Source: Pelomyxa schiedti (lineage: Eukaryota; Protista; Evosea). Taken from it: a DNA stretch of 64,000 nucleotides. Below are positions 26,017 to 38,300 of the stretch, piece by piece (positions within the stretch are counted from its first letter, which is position 1; every line of letters starts with the position of its first letter). The stretch covers positions 27,998-91,997 of the forward strand of contig JAHLWZ010000498.1 of NCBI GenBank assembly GCA_020536535.1. The letters run 5' to 3'. Below the pieces are notes generated by a model that saw only the letters and a list, made by a program, of their open reading frames with translations, made no database searches and was not told the origin of the DNA. A program made the position numbers and the translations under genes.

Positions 26017-28599
26017 TTAATCCAACACTACAAGAGAGCCTTTCTTTCTCCAGTGCTCTCTTAGTGGGAATTTGAAAGAACGTTTCATTACCCAGAAGTG
26101 TTTGAGGCGAGACCACAAGTGGAAATCTCCGACTAGAAGAAGCAATAGCAGGGCAAAGAGAACAACTAGCATAGGTGCAAAGGCCTGAAAAATGTTAATA
26201 ACTGGGCATTGGTGGTGATTTACCTCCACATAGAATTTTATTCTCTTGGAGCCCTCTAATTTAAGGCAAAGTAGAATCTCAATGGCAATGAAAGGGCACA
26301 ATGCCAGAAAAACTATCATCAACAGGCCAGAGCTCACCCAGTTTGGATTCCTTAGGATTGAATTAAAAGGGTGTTGCTTGTAATTTGATACGCACTGATA
26401 AAAGTGAACATCGCACAGTGTGAATGCACTCACAAAAGCACCTGCGTTCATGATCCACAGCGGAGAAAATACTGCCCAAGATCCCCACTGAGTTATTCCT
26501 TGCAATCTCAGCATGGACATGATCTAGTAGCATTAGTAATTGACATCAATTAAAGAGGGGAGTACCAAAAAGACAAATATGGCTGTTGAGCAACCAGCTA
26601 AGGAGAGTTTGAGAACCTTATTTTCAAGATCCTTTACAATGACCTCTCGTACAAAAATAATAATTATCAGTGCATTTGCAATAAGAAGTGGGGCAAAGGT
26701 GAAGCATAAGCCATACGCAAACACACCCACCTGGCACATTTTAATTCCGAACTCCCCAAGGAACAGCAAAATACCTCAAGATAAATGCAGGCCAGCGGAG
26801 GAAACAGGGTCATTATAATCGTCAGGGAGAACCATATGGTGCACTCCACCTAGAGAGGCTTACATGGTTGACACTGGCATTAGGAATACCTTATCATCAC
26901 TGAAGCAGGAACAAAACAAGTTAATCCAACCGAATAAGCAGCGCGACATAAACTCTTTGTCCATGAAGTCCCTCACAAAGAAGTACCACCACAGTGCTGT
27001 GGATCCAAGCACCATTAATGTGATGAACCAGCAAGGTATAAAGACTAGACCCCTGTTTATTTGTTTAGATTTGGCTTTTGTAGGACTCCAAACCAGTTCC
27101 ACTCTATGAATTTATCCATTTTCAACACAGTAAAGCAACCGAGGAGAAGCCACAATATTACACTGGCGTAGTCAACAAGTGGAGAATTAAATAGCCGCAG
27201 GAAGAATACAAATTTATATGAAACCATTTCCTTTTCCTGTTAGGAGAAAGGACAATGAATAGATTGCAATACTTTCAAATCGAGAAGTTTCTCTTCAAAT
27301 AAAAAGTTTAACTGCAATGCATGTTAAAGGTAGGTAGGCAACAGTAATTTGTAATTGCCTGTTTGTATTCGTCATATTCCTGCTGTTCGGCTTCTGTTGA
27401 ACCTTGCACCTAGGAAGAAGTCAGAGAATATATATTTTTTCTTTATTTAAAAAAGGCATACCACACGCCGTCTGTGTGACATCTTCCACTTGCGAATTAA
27501 CCATTTTGTTTTATACAACTGCTTATAATCTCTGTTTTCCATGCAAATATCGGTTTCCTAAAATCCTTTATAAACACTTTTGGGTGGTTTGTTATTGTCT
27601 GGACACACATCGATTTCAGGGGTCAATTCAGCCAAACATATTTCCCGCCAAAGTCTGTGATCTTCAGAAGCATCCCTCCAGCGATGTGACACAAGCGTAA
27701 CTGGAATAGTTATTTGCACTGATTAAAAAAAACCTCAAGAAAGAAACCTGAACAAAGGTCTTGCATCCCCAAAAATGAGAATATAAGCATGCAAATTTCG
27801 TAAGGTATTATTTGTAAAGGATCCTGAAAACCTTGAGTATATAGGCAAAACCCAAAAGACTGATTCACACCATCGCATTTCGTAACCTCCTCCTCTGCTC
27901 ACAGGAATCAGAACCGTAACGCAAGTGACCTCTTTTTGCAGTTCTTTTGCTTGTTGGTGTCGTCGGGGGAGTAAGAGGGATTGCGCTCGTAATGACAGGT
28001 ATCAGCTCATTTCCCAAAACGGTAATACCCCCAGAAGAAGTTGACGACGACGTACTCGTTGTAGTGGTGGTCGTTGTGGTTGTAGTTGAATTTGAAAACC
28101 CCGTGGATGCACTGCAAGGAGCTTCACAGTATTGAGTGGTGTCACCGCCATAATAATCGTCATCACATTGCTTCTGGAAATCGTCGTCATCATCAGCAGG
28201 GTCGTATTCGCCGTCCTCCTCCTCGTCGTCGTCCGAGTCGCTTCGTTTGCGAGAGCGCCCGCGCCGTTTTCCACGGGGCGCGGCGGCGCCGGCGGCCGTG
28301 TCGAGAGCAGTGAGCAGCGATTCCGGGGGCGAAGCGGCGGCCAGCACGCCGTCGAACACGTCGAGGATGTGGCTGGAGAAGCTGTGGGAAGCGTCGCTTT
28401 TCGGCGGCGGGCTGGAGTGCGCCGACTGACGCGTGGCGTAGCGAGACGACGAAGGCGACGGCGACGGCGACGGGGACGGGGAAGGAGACGAGTCGTGGGA
28501 GGAGATTAGAAGTGCATTTTCCGTGTCGTCGCCCACGTCGTCGTTGCTGCTGCTACTGATAAAGCTAACAACCGAGTGCAGCGCCCCTTCCATCATCAT
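26017..28599 (-). CDS. F-box plus TMEM185/TMEM60-like polytopic membrane protein
   Basis: Spliced F-box DPLQIIPYEICMLIFSFLGMQDLCSVTLVSHRWRDASEDHRLWREIC (~27630-27830). Then repeated hydrophobic units LVFIPCWF, WAVFSPLWI and EILLCLKLEG...AFAPML, typical of Tmemb_185A. Confidence 0.75.
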
Positions 28600-29391
28600 C
28601 CGATCAAAAAATGCGGAAGGAAAAAAAAAGGGGGGAATAATAATGGCCTGTTTTGGCCAACTATTCTGCCGGGTCAAGTAGTATCAACTTAAATCCTTGA
28701 GCTCATTCTGGGGAAACCCAGAGGCTTCGACGAAAACCAGGGCCGGTACTCAAACAAAAGTAACCACAGCAATTATAAGAGGTATAAAGTTACTTTTTCT
28801 TCTTGTAATACCAATTGGTGAGGGTCCAACAGTCAAGATACAACTGAGCAGAACACACTGACCAGATAACCTACTGTAGTGAAAAGGCTCCACATCAAGC
28901 CCGTCAGGGAATGAAAATTATACCGGAATTTAAGGCCTTTTGTTTGCTTCTGGAGGTCCAATCATCGGTCTCTTCCTTGAAGTCTCTTGCAGTTCACTGT
29001 TTGAATCATCCTTTTACAGTGTCAAGAGGGAAAAAGATAGGAAAAGGGTACATACTTGCGTCGGTGTAACCTCCGGCTGAGACCGGTAACATAGAACCTC
29101 ATTATAGTGGAATCGTTCTGAATGTCTTCGCCACAAGAGATTAGTTTCAATAGTGACCCATTTGGTCACTTTTGGCATGAGCCCTTGCATGACTGCCTGC
29201 CTTGTAGAATGTTTCCTTCATTTTCTCCTTTGGAATATATTTTCTTGAACCGCGGAGAAAATTTCTGAGACAACAAGATTTTAGGCTGTTCTCCACAGAT
29301 GACGGATAAGCGATCAAGCCCAAGCACAGGAAAATTTAATTCCGATCAAAGGCGTCCTCAATAACCTCCAATAGCAGAAACTCCACGGTTA

Positions 29392-30458
29392 TCAGGGAGG
29401 AAAATTCCCAAGTCTTCTTGACCTGCTCGTGGCACAAGCGTCTTTGCAAGAGTTATTATTAGAATGTACATTGTGTGTCAGAATCAAAGAATACTTCCCG
29501 TGCTCACCTCCTGAGTCTTCTGCACCCTCAGTGGGTTCTTTGTGTCCCATACCCAGACTCTTGAGACAGTACTCCATGAGGGCCTTCCTATTCTGATCGT
29601 CAAGCTTCTCAAGCATCAAGTCGGAATATACCAATTGATCTCCACCATGGCCCAGGTCAATGATATTATCTTCCATAGTAACTGTTGTAGTCAGTAGAAC
29701 ATGAAGGAGAGGCGCTGGAAGAAAATGGGTTGAGCTTCTTCTGTGCATACTCAGGACTTTGGAGCAAATCACTTAGTTCGAACAATCTTTCTAATGCAGT
29801 CATTTGATCCCTGCACATGTGTTTGTTCCTCTTCTACGTCTTCAATCATATGCAGAACCTTCTCCAGGATCCTATCTGTATAATGTACCAGATACGAATC
29901 GACAAGGTCCACCCCGTTCTATGAGAGGTGTCAGGTACTCACAGCATTGGTTAAGGTCTTCTCCTTCCAACATTCTCTGGTATCTTAGTTGCCATTTGTT
30001 GGGACATGAGGCCTTCCCACCATGAATCCAAACACACAAGAGAAGTGGCCAACCGAGAAAGACCTTGTGCCTGAACGAACGAGCAGAAGTACTTCAACAC
30101 ACTTGGTCACAATGTCATGCCTCTGGCTCGCACTCAGAGTTGTTTCAAACAACTCCCTTATGCAATGTTTTTGCACCCAGCTATTCCGCAAGAAGGATAA
30201 GAGCGAGGTAGTCGAGTTTGCTGTGGCTACGGAAACCACAACAACGGCCGAGAGCTGGCGTGACCGTGACTTGAACTTCTGGCCCAAATGAGCTGGGGAA
30301 ATGCCATCGCCGTTGGCACTCCGACTCACGATTTCCTTAATGCTCACACCATCGAGAAAGTAGTCTGACTGACAACTGCTGTGCGCGTCGAAGAGAGCGA
30401 ATGCGTGGCAGGACTGTCTCATTCTGGCCTCCGCCTGAATTCTAAAGCAGCCGATCAT
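29392..30458 (-). CDS. Hypothetical protein (multi-exon, boundaries uncertain)
   Basis: ORFs 29985-30770 and 29392-29772 have protein-like composition; no domain recognised. Confidence 0.35.
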
Positions 30459-31714
30459 TTTCCAGAAGTACGAAGTACAGCGAAACAAAACGGGGTGTTT
30501 ACGTAAACAATTGCAGTTGGTCGTGGTCAAGTAGAGGCACAACGGAGTGTGTGGGTGGGGGCGAAAATGGTACGTTGGCTGTCCTTGTTGGTGTTCCGTT
30601 CTTCGTTCCACGTGACCGACGCGAGTAATACTGTATGTGCAGTTAAAACTCTTTTTTTCGTTTTGGTGCTTTTTTAATACTTCGGTCTTTGTCTTTTTTT
30701 TTTTTGTTTCAACACTAAAATATGCCTGTTGAGCACCTAATGCACTAAATACAGGAGGCAGAATGGACATTATTCACAGGCATGAGACCAGCATTCCCCT
30801 GTCAGGATTGTTGTTTTGGCTTTTGGTTGTACCTTTTTGCTGCTGCCTCTGAAGTTGAGCCAAGTAACACCATTCTCTCAGAGATTTGACACTAACATCT
30901 GTAAAATATTCATCTGATATATATCTCCAGATGCTGAATGAGGTGCCTGAAAAACTCTCAGTCTGTGTTGTCCAAATCAAGCCCACAGTGTCTCTTACCT
31001 GAGAAGTCAACCTCCTCAAAACCAGTTTCCTACCAACTCCAGAAACCAACCATCACTTGGGTTTACTGCCACTTACAAAGATTGTACATTACAATAGATG
31101 ATACAGCAAAAACTTCCAAGTTGAGTACCTGGGCTCAAATCCACTACAGAGGAAAAAGTGTGCTTCTATCTCCATATTAAGTTATAATCTCATTTTAGTA
31201 ACTTGAGAAATATTTTGTAGAAGAAGTAAAAAAAAACCATGTAAAAGTTGCTTAAACCTAAAAAAATACTTAGGACTTTTGTTTCAAAAGAACACATGAT
31301 TGTCACTAAGTTACATTTTGAGCTCAAACAATACTTTATTGTGGATATTCAAGTATCAGTCAGAGGTAACATTACCCACAATACTCTTGTATCTTATTTC
31401 CCTCAGCATCAACAGTTCTTGTGGGGATTGCTAGGGAGAGTTACCTTCTAGGTATGTTTATGTTCCTCAACTTGCATCTTACTCTCTTCTAACATCACCA
31501 CAGATGCTTCCTCAACTATGGCATCTGAAGCTTCTTCTAGAGCATCCCTAAATACAATTGCTTTTTCAAAAGAAAATTCCTTTTGTTTCTTCCCTCTAAC
31601 CAAGTGAAGCAGCCAATTGGGTCTATTTTGGGTGTTGTGATCAAGATCTTCTTCCTGCATAAAACAAGGGAAAAAATTGATTACCAATTTCATTTTTTTC
31701 CAAAAAACACCAAG

Positions 31715-34700
31715 ATGAACCTACAAGCCAACTTTGGGGGGCAAACACTCAAGCACAGCATAGTATGCCAAACAAACAGTAACCCCACCAAGCACAAACA
31801 CCAACACAGCAGCACTATTAAATCGCTTTTCGTCGTTTGGGAAAAAAAAAAAAAACGAAACCCGTTAATAACCTCGTTAGACACACCCGAAATTCCTGCA
31901 CTCGAATAGCACGAGCCATCGCTGGGCATTTGGAGCTATCGCCGAGCTAATCGACAACGCACGCGACGCCGAAGCGACGCGTTTCGACGTGGATGTTTCG
32001 TCCTACACGCACTATTCGCCCGATGGCTCCTCGTCAAAGCCCGGCAGAAAAATGTTGGTGTTCACCGACAATGGGAAAGGTTAGTAGGGTTTTTTTTTTT
32101 TTTTGGATTGTTGTAGATATGCAGTGGTAACTGGTTTGTTAGGGATGTCTCCTTCTGGTACTCACTTGTGCTTATCTTTTGGGCATTGTGACAAGGTAGG
32201 ATGATTGTGGGCTTTGGGAAGGAAATGGAAACCATTCAACAGGTGATCACTGGAGATTATGTACCTATTGGGCACTATGGAAATGGTTTCAAGTCTGGCA
32301 CAATGCGCCTTGGCTCAAGTGCTGTTGTTTTCACAAGAAACGGGGAATACAAGACCATTGGCCTCTTGTCCCAGGTATGCAGTTTGAGACTGATACCACC
32401 ACTAAGTTTGCTTGCAGACATTTCTGGAGGACATTCATGCTGAGGAAGTGCTAGTACCACTTTGCTCTTGGCCCGATAAGCATCCTTGCACACCTTCCAG
32501 CGTTTCTCGTGATGACTTAAATGTACAGTAATAGCACATCTCAGCCCATGACTAATTTAGACTACAGGCAATATTAAAGTATAGTCCCTTCAGGACCGTT
32601 ACTGAGCTTGAGCAACAATTTACACCCAACCACGGAACAAGAATATGTATTTTATTCCTCCATTTACCTGAGTATTCAAAGTACAAAGTTGTTTATGAGC
32701 TGAAACAAGACCAAGAAGGCGACTTGGAGTTTAACTTTGATCGCCAAGATGATATCATACTTGTTGATCTGACAGTATCTGCTGGGTAAGAGGGTGTTAG
32801 CCAAAGCCAGACGAATTTATGGTGATAATAGGATGCGTGAACTGGAAGTAGAAAGGCCCAAAGACTACCTTATAGCTTTCCGTATATTTGCCCTCGACAA
32901 ATACAATTTACCTCATTAAACTCTTTCCCTTAAGCAACATCCATGGAGCGTTACTCTTTGCGAGCGTACTGCAGTGTCCTCTACTTGAATTCGAAGATGT
33001 TTATTTTCATCAGAAACCATAAAGTTCATTCAATTAACTGGAGTTTGACGTTATTCAAGTATGCTATACTTCCAAATAATAATGCTCATTGTCACAAAGG
33101 CCAATGTCAATGAATTACCATCAAATTGGAAAAGACGGGGTTCCTATTCTTTTTGGCTTCAATAGGAAGAATAAACACGAATGTGGTGCCTTCATTTACC
33201 ACAGGTCACGTCTTATCCTTATGTACCAGCGATACGGCATTCAGGTATGGCAACAACAACCTGGTGTGTTGTTCATCCACACCTTTAGAATAATCCCGAT
33301 TCAAGAGGGCTTGCTGTTATAGCTGTGGTAGGTTAATTTACTTCGTTACGGATATGTACTTACTTTGCCTATTCAGGTTAACTGTGATTATCTGAAACCC
33401 ACACACAATAAACAAGATTTCATTCTAGACCCACAGTTTCGTCTTCTTACAACAAATCTAGCAACCAAGCTTTCCCTCTACTGGTAATCTCCCTAAGTCA
33501 GGGTAATATCAAAGTAAAATTTCTCCTACAGGAACTACTGGTTTAAAAAGCCAATTCTAGGGTTTTTTTTCAACAAAATGAGCCACATGTGTGAAAAAGG
33601 TCTTTCCCATCCTTACATTAGTCACTGTGCCAACATTTTCTAGGTCCGTTTTGGTTACAATGTTCCATATGTACAAAGTGGAGGAGAGTTGCTCGGCATT
33701 GTTCAAAGTATCAAGATGATGTATGAGTTAACCTCCAAATGAAAATGAAAGATTGTAACATTTCACAGTGGTGTTGTCGTTCGAATGAAGACACGAGGTT
33801 CAACACCTGTGATAAACCAGAGGAATCTCCCTTGCCGTGCTCTGAAACACCAAGGTACCCAAAGACATTTTTTGTCACAGACCTCCTCTCACTTCAAAAA
33901 AAAAAAAAAAAGCCCTTGGGTACAGTGCACAAAATGCAAAAAATATAGGAAAATGGCTATAACAACAAATCTTAACACGATCCCAGAGGATTGGACTTGT
34001 GCGGACAATGTTGGGCTGTTTTTCAATAGGTAGCAATGCTACTTCGTACTTGTTTGGACTGATCAATTAATATCAGATGTTCTGATCCTCAAGAGTGCGA
34101 GCAGTGGGCCATCGAATTTGAGCTTGGTGTGTTAGAAGTAGCAGGTCCGGAGTGGAAGCCCAGAGCTCTTCCAAGAATTGCAGTAAATATCGAGCTTAAT
34201 CTAGTTCTATTGTCCATAACACAATATAGGAAGCAACCGATTTTACTCGCAGACTTTCTATTACAGCAGCAAAGAAAGAGGCCAAGGCCAAGGCCACTGG
34301 GAAGGGGAAAGGGAAAGGGAAAGGGAACAGGACAGGAAGAACTCGTACCAGGACCAAAGCCAAAACACGTGATTCCTCTTCCTCTCCGTCTTCATCCTCG
34401 GACTCCTCGTCCTCCTCTTCTTCTTCCACGTGCTCTTCCTCCTGTTCATCATCCTCCTCCTCATCGTCCTCTTCTGATGAGGGGAGTGGACACAAGAGGA
34501 GCAAACGCAAGAAGTCACGCAGGAAAACAGGGTCCTCACCAACAGCTAAGAAATCAAGGCAAGAAGACCCTACTGGCTCCAATGGCACTGAGAATCCTGC
34601 AGACAAACCCATAGAAGTAATTCCTCCCGCTTCCGCATCATCATCCACCTCCCAGTCATCAACTCCAGCAACTTCGTCAGTGGTGGTGGTGAGTGCAAGT

Positions 34701-35221
34701 GCCACTCCTGTCAAGTCGTCCACGACAGAAGAGAGACGCCCACGCATTGTTGTCATCAAACCGGAGTTCAAACTTTCTCCATCGGTTGCTGCGCAAAAAG
34801 ACCCGTCTCCCAACGTTCCCGTTCTGGGTGGTGCTGACTCTGATCCAGCACTGACGTATGTCCAAACAACATCCCAGGCCATCACCATGATAACTAACAT
34901 TACCCAAATAGAGACGCTAGGGTGAAACAACTCACGGCCGAAGTTGTGGCACTGCGAATGCAACTCTTGGAGAGAGACCAAGAGCTCATTTCTGTAAAGA
35001 AGATGTTGCACCTCGAGCAGACAAAGACGTTCACGTTGCAGGCCGACTTGGACAAGACCAATTCGCTTCTGCAGCTCTCCCGTGCATCCATAGAGACCCT
35101 CAAGAAGAGATGCGAGACCTCCTTCCAGCAGCAACCCGTGATGCTACAACAATCAGTCCCTGTTGTGCTCCAGTACCACCCGGTCTCAGTCTCAACATCC
35201 CCCTCCCCATCCAGGCTCTAA
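31715..35221 (+). CDS. MORC: MORC-family GHKL ATPase with two CW zinc fingers and C-terminal coiled coil
   Basis: [84 protein letters not shown]1 [12 protein letters not shown]...WCC...CDKPEE and CW2 [12 protein letters not shown]...WTC...CSDPQE. Coiled coil at 34925-35120. Confidence 0.93.
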
Positions 35222-35348
35222 TTCCCTGTTAATACCCCCAAAACCCCCTCTGCGTTCCAAAACGCAACGTGTCTTTTCATAACCATCATCAAACAGAGTC
35301 TTTTGTTTTCTTTTTGCCAAAAAGTTGTGAATTCGGTTTGTTTGTTGT

Positions 35349-38300
35349 TCAATGGTGCTGGTCTTGCAGTAGAGAAGCAATGACCCTTTTGAGAGAGGAC
35401 AAGGCCGCGACTAGGTCGGCTCTGGAGGACACTGCGGGGCAGTCGGTGGCACAGCACTCCACGTCCTGAGTTCTTCTTCCTCCGCAGCACACGAGGCATA
35501 GTTCCTGCAGTTGTGATAACCTACGCTCCACCATACTGCACCTATTTGGGGTAGTTGTTAGTATGAAAGAAGCGGGGGTATTTGTTGCGGGCGGGGTAGT
35601 TTCGGTGGGAGTGAAGAGACCTTTGGGTGAGAACAGTGTAGGATAGCAAGCGGTTGCGCTCGCAGCGGGAGCAGAAGAATGTGTTCTGTGTGCACTGATG
35701 CTCAGCACCGCAGACTATGCAGCTCTTAACCTTGCAGTACCTCTCTAGTGTGATTGTTTTCATCACTGAGGCACCTTGGCATATGGCCGAGTTAAGCTGC
35801 ATGGTTCCTACTGCCCTCAACGGTTGCAGTTCCTTGATGAGCTTTTTGAGAGGAAAGGGCTTCAAAGGCTGGTTGAGAGATATTAGGGGCCGTATTACCG
35901 GCGCCCATTTCCTGGACATGTTTGTGTACCATGCGTTGACATCTAGCAAATGTAAAGGTTTTGACAAAGAAACACTGGAACTGGGTTCTTACTTGCACCA
36001 ACAAGATTGAGAACGCGTGATAGCGCAGGGTTCACCTGCTTTGTGATGTAATAAATGGAGTTAAGTCGGAGGGCGGAGCTTGTTTTGTTTATGTAGTGAG
36101 TTTGAGCACTTCTTTAGCAGTAATCATACTTGGCCATAAACTGCTCTGGAGAAATAACCATGTCTGCCAAGCGTGCTCCGGGATAGGCACTCACGACAAC
36201 ATACCTGACCCTCTCTCTCCAACGTGGCTCAGCTCGATGATCGGACTCCTTGGCCCTGGTCCCCACCAGTGCTGCTGGAGGTAGAGCTTTGGGGTTCCTG
36301 GTAACATTAATTGGCACAAAAATGGCAGAGTATCTTCAGTAACTCATAGGATCCAAGGCGAACTGCTTTGGCAAAGATGAACTCCTTCACGTCTACATAA
36401 CCATCAAGGATTTTCTTCCATTGCCTTTCCAAATATTGCTTAATCTTCGATAAGTCACGATTGTCAAAGAGCAGCCTAGTGAACGTTGTTCGTTCTATGC
36501 ACCACTGATAAAAACAAAAAAAGAACCTCAGGGTTTTTCCCATTATCCGTTGAACGAGGGGACATGTATCCCGTCTCACAAGTTCAATTCCTTTGGCTTC
36601 CATCTCAGGCTTCTTATCACGGGAGTCATACTTGAGGCCGACGTAACGTTTCTTAGTTACCAGCACGCACGGATGATACAACTAGTTGTGAGTTGTTGAT
36701 TTCGTAAAAGGTAATAACCAAGGAAGGAACCTTCTCAAATTGTAATTTTATTGGTGGTGGGTTTTGCTCCGTAATGGTCTGTGCAATCTCCTGTCCCATC
36801 TTGAATGCCTCATCTCTGGTGGCAGTTTTTAACATGACAAACATGCTGTAGATTACAAGGTTAAGAAAAGTTGACGAATTAGAGGTATGTGGAAACCTGT
36901 CAGTGTCGCCATAAACTACTTCTGCGTTCCACTTAGACGTGCTGTTTACCACTTTTATTGCCTGCATTGCTCTATTTAGTGGGTGTCAATTGACAAAGGA
37001 GCGAACCCTCTCTAGTGTTTGACGAGCAGTTTCGACAATGGCATCTGCTATGTCCACGCATGGCATTCGTCCAGAAAACGCTGCAGACGCGTAGCCATAC
37101 GTCACGTTTGCTATCATTTTCAAGCCAAGTTGGCGGGCATTCATCATTCGATCGAATGCCTTAAAGAATGTCAATGTTATCCAAACTGTACAAAATGTAG
37201 TTGTTACTTTGTTCCCTTTCCCTTGCATCCATTTCATTGAGTTTTTTATCATTACTCGAGTCTCCAGTATTTCTTGGAGCATCCTGGGTAAAACTCCTTG
37301 TCGCACTTCTTGGTTTACAAACATAACCTCATTGGGAGACACTACACAGTGCATATGGTTAGAAATACATTGGCTTTCCACACAAGTGCACTTGAAAAAT
37401 AGAATCATAAACGTACATACCATTAAGCTTATTTTCTAAAAATCCCAGAAGGCCCTTTGGTACTGTTACGCTAGATGCACCAAGCCTTTTTTCCCTGGAA
37501 GGGTTGGGCATTTCAACTTTTCCCAGGCATGTTGAGTAGCTATGGGTGTTTGGTTAGTGGAGTCAGGCATGAAGGAAGTAATTACCCACCAGTAATTATA
37601 GGCAATAATGATAGATGGATAGAGTGATTGGAAGTCAAATACTGCAACTGGCATTGGGTACATCCGAGAAATGGGTTCCATAACCAGTGGGATGCATTCT
37701 GGCGCTCGCTGTTGCGCGACTTGTTGTTTACTGGGAGAAATCAAAATAAAATTCTGGGGTTTCGTCAGCCGGAAGAGCATTGATTCTACTCTGTACTGCG
37801 ATCCACGGCTAAGTACCGAAAAGAAATCAATTCCAAAAATTCGAGCAAGCTCACTGTAACGGGATAATTAAGTTCAGTCCTCGAAAAACAAGGGTGCATG
37901 CACCTTGTTCTTCCAATAAGATCTACCGAGTGCAGAAGGTCGAGGGTTGTCTGAACTCGTTTTAAGTAGTAATTGATTGTCCGAGATCTCTCAGGAAAAT
38001 TTTGGATGTGCAACTGGGAGGAAGCACAAGAGGATGGCAAAGGGCTGGTATACCATCGAGTCAGGGTCTCGTAGGAAAAACTAGGGAACCTGTTAAGTGT
38101 GAATTTTCATCTTGTTATAAGGCACCTCTGAAACCTTTTGTTTAAGACTTGTGTGGCCATTGAGGACTGTGTGTAGTCTGTAGCTTTTACCTCGGTTTGC
38201 AGAAGTCGCCATACATTTAGAAGGATCCTTCCTGGAGATAGTAGTTGTAGAAGTATTCACGGCTGTGGCTACATGAATTGTACCTTGCACTGAGAAGCCA

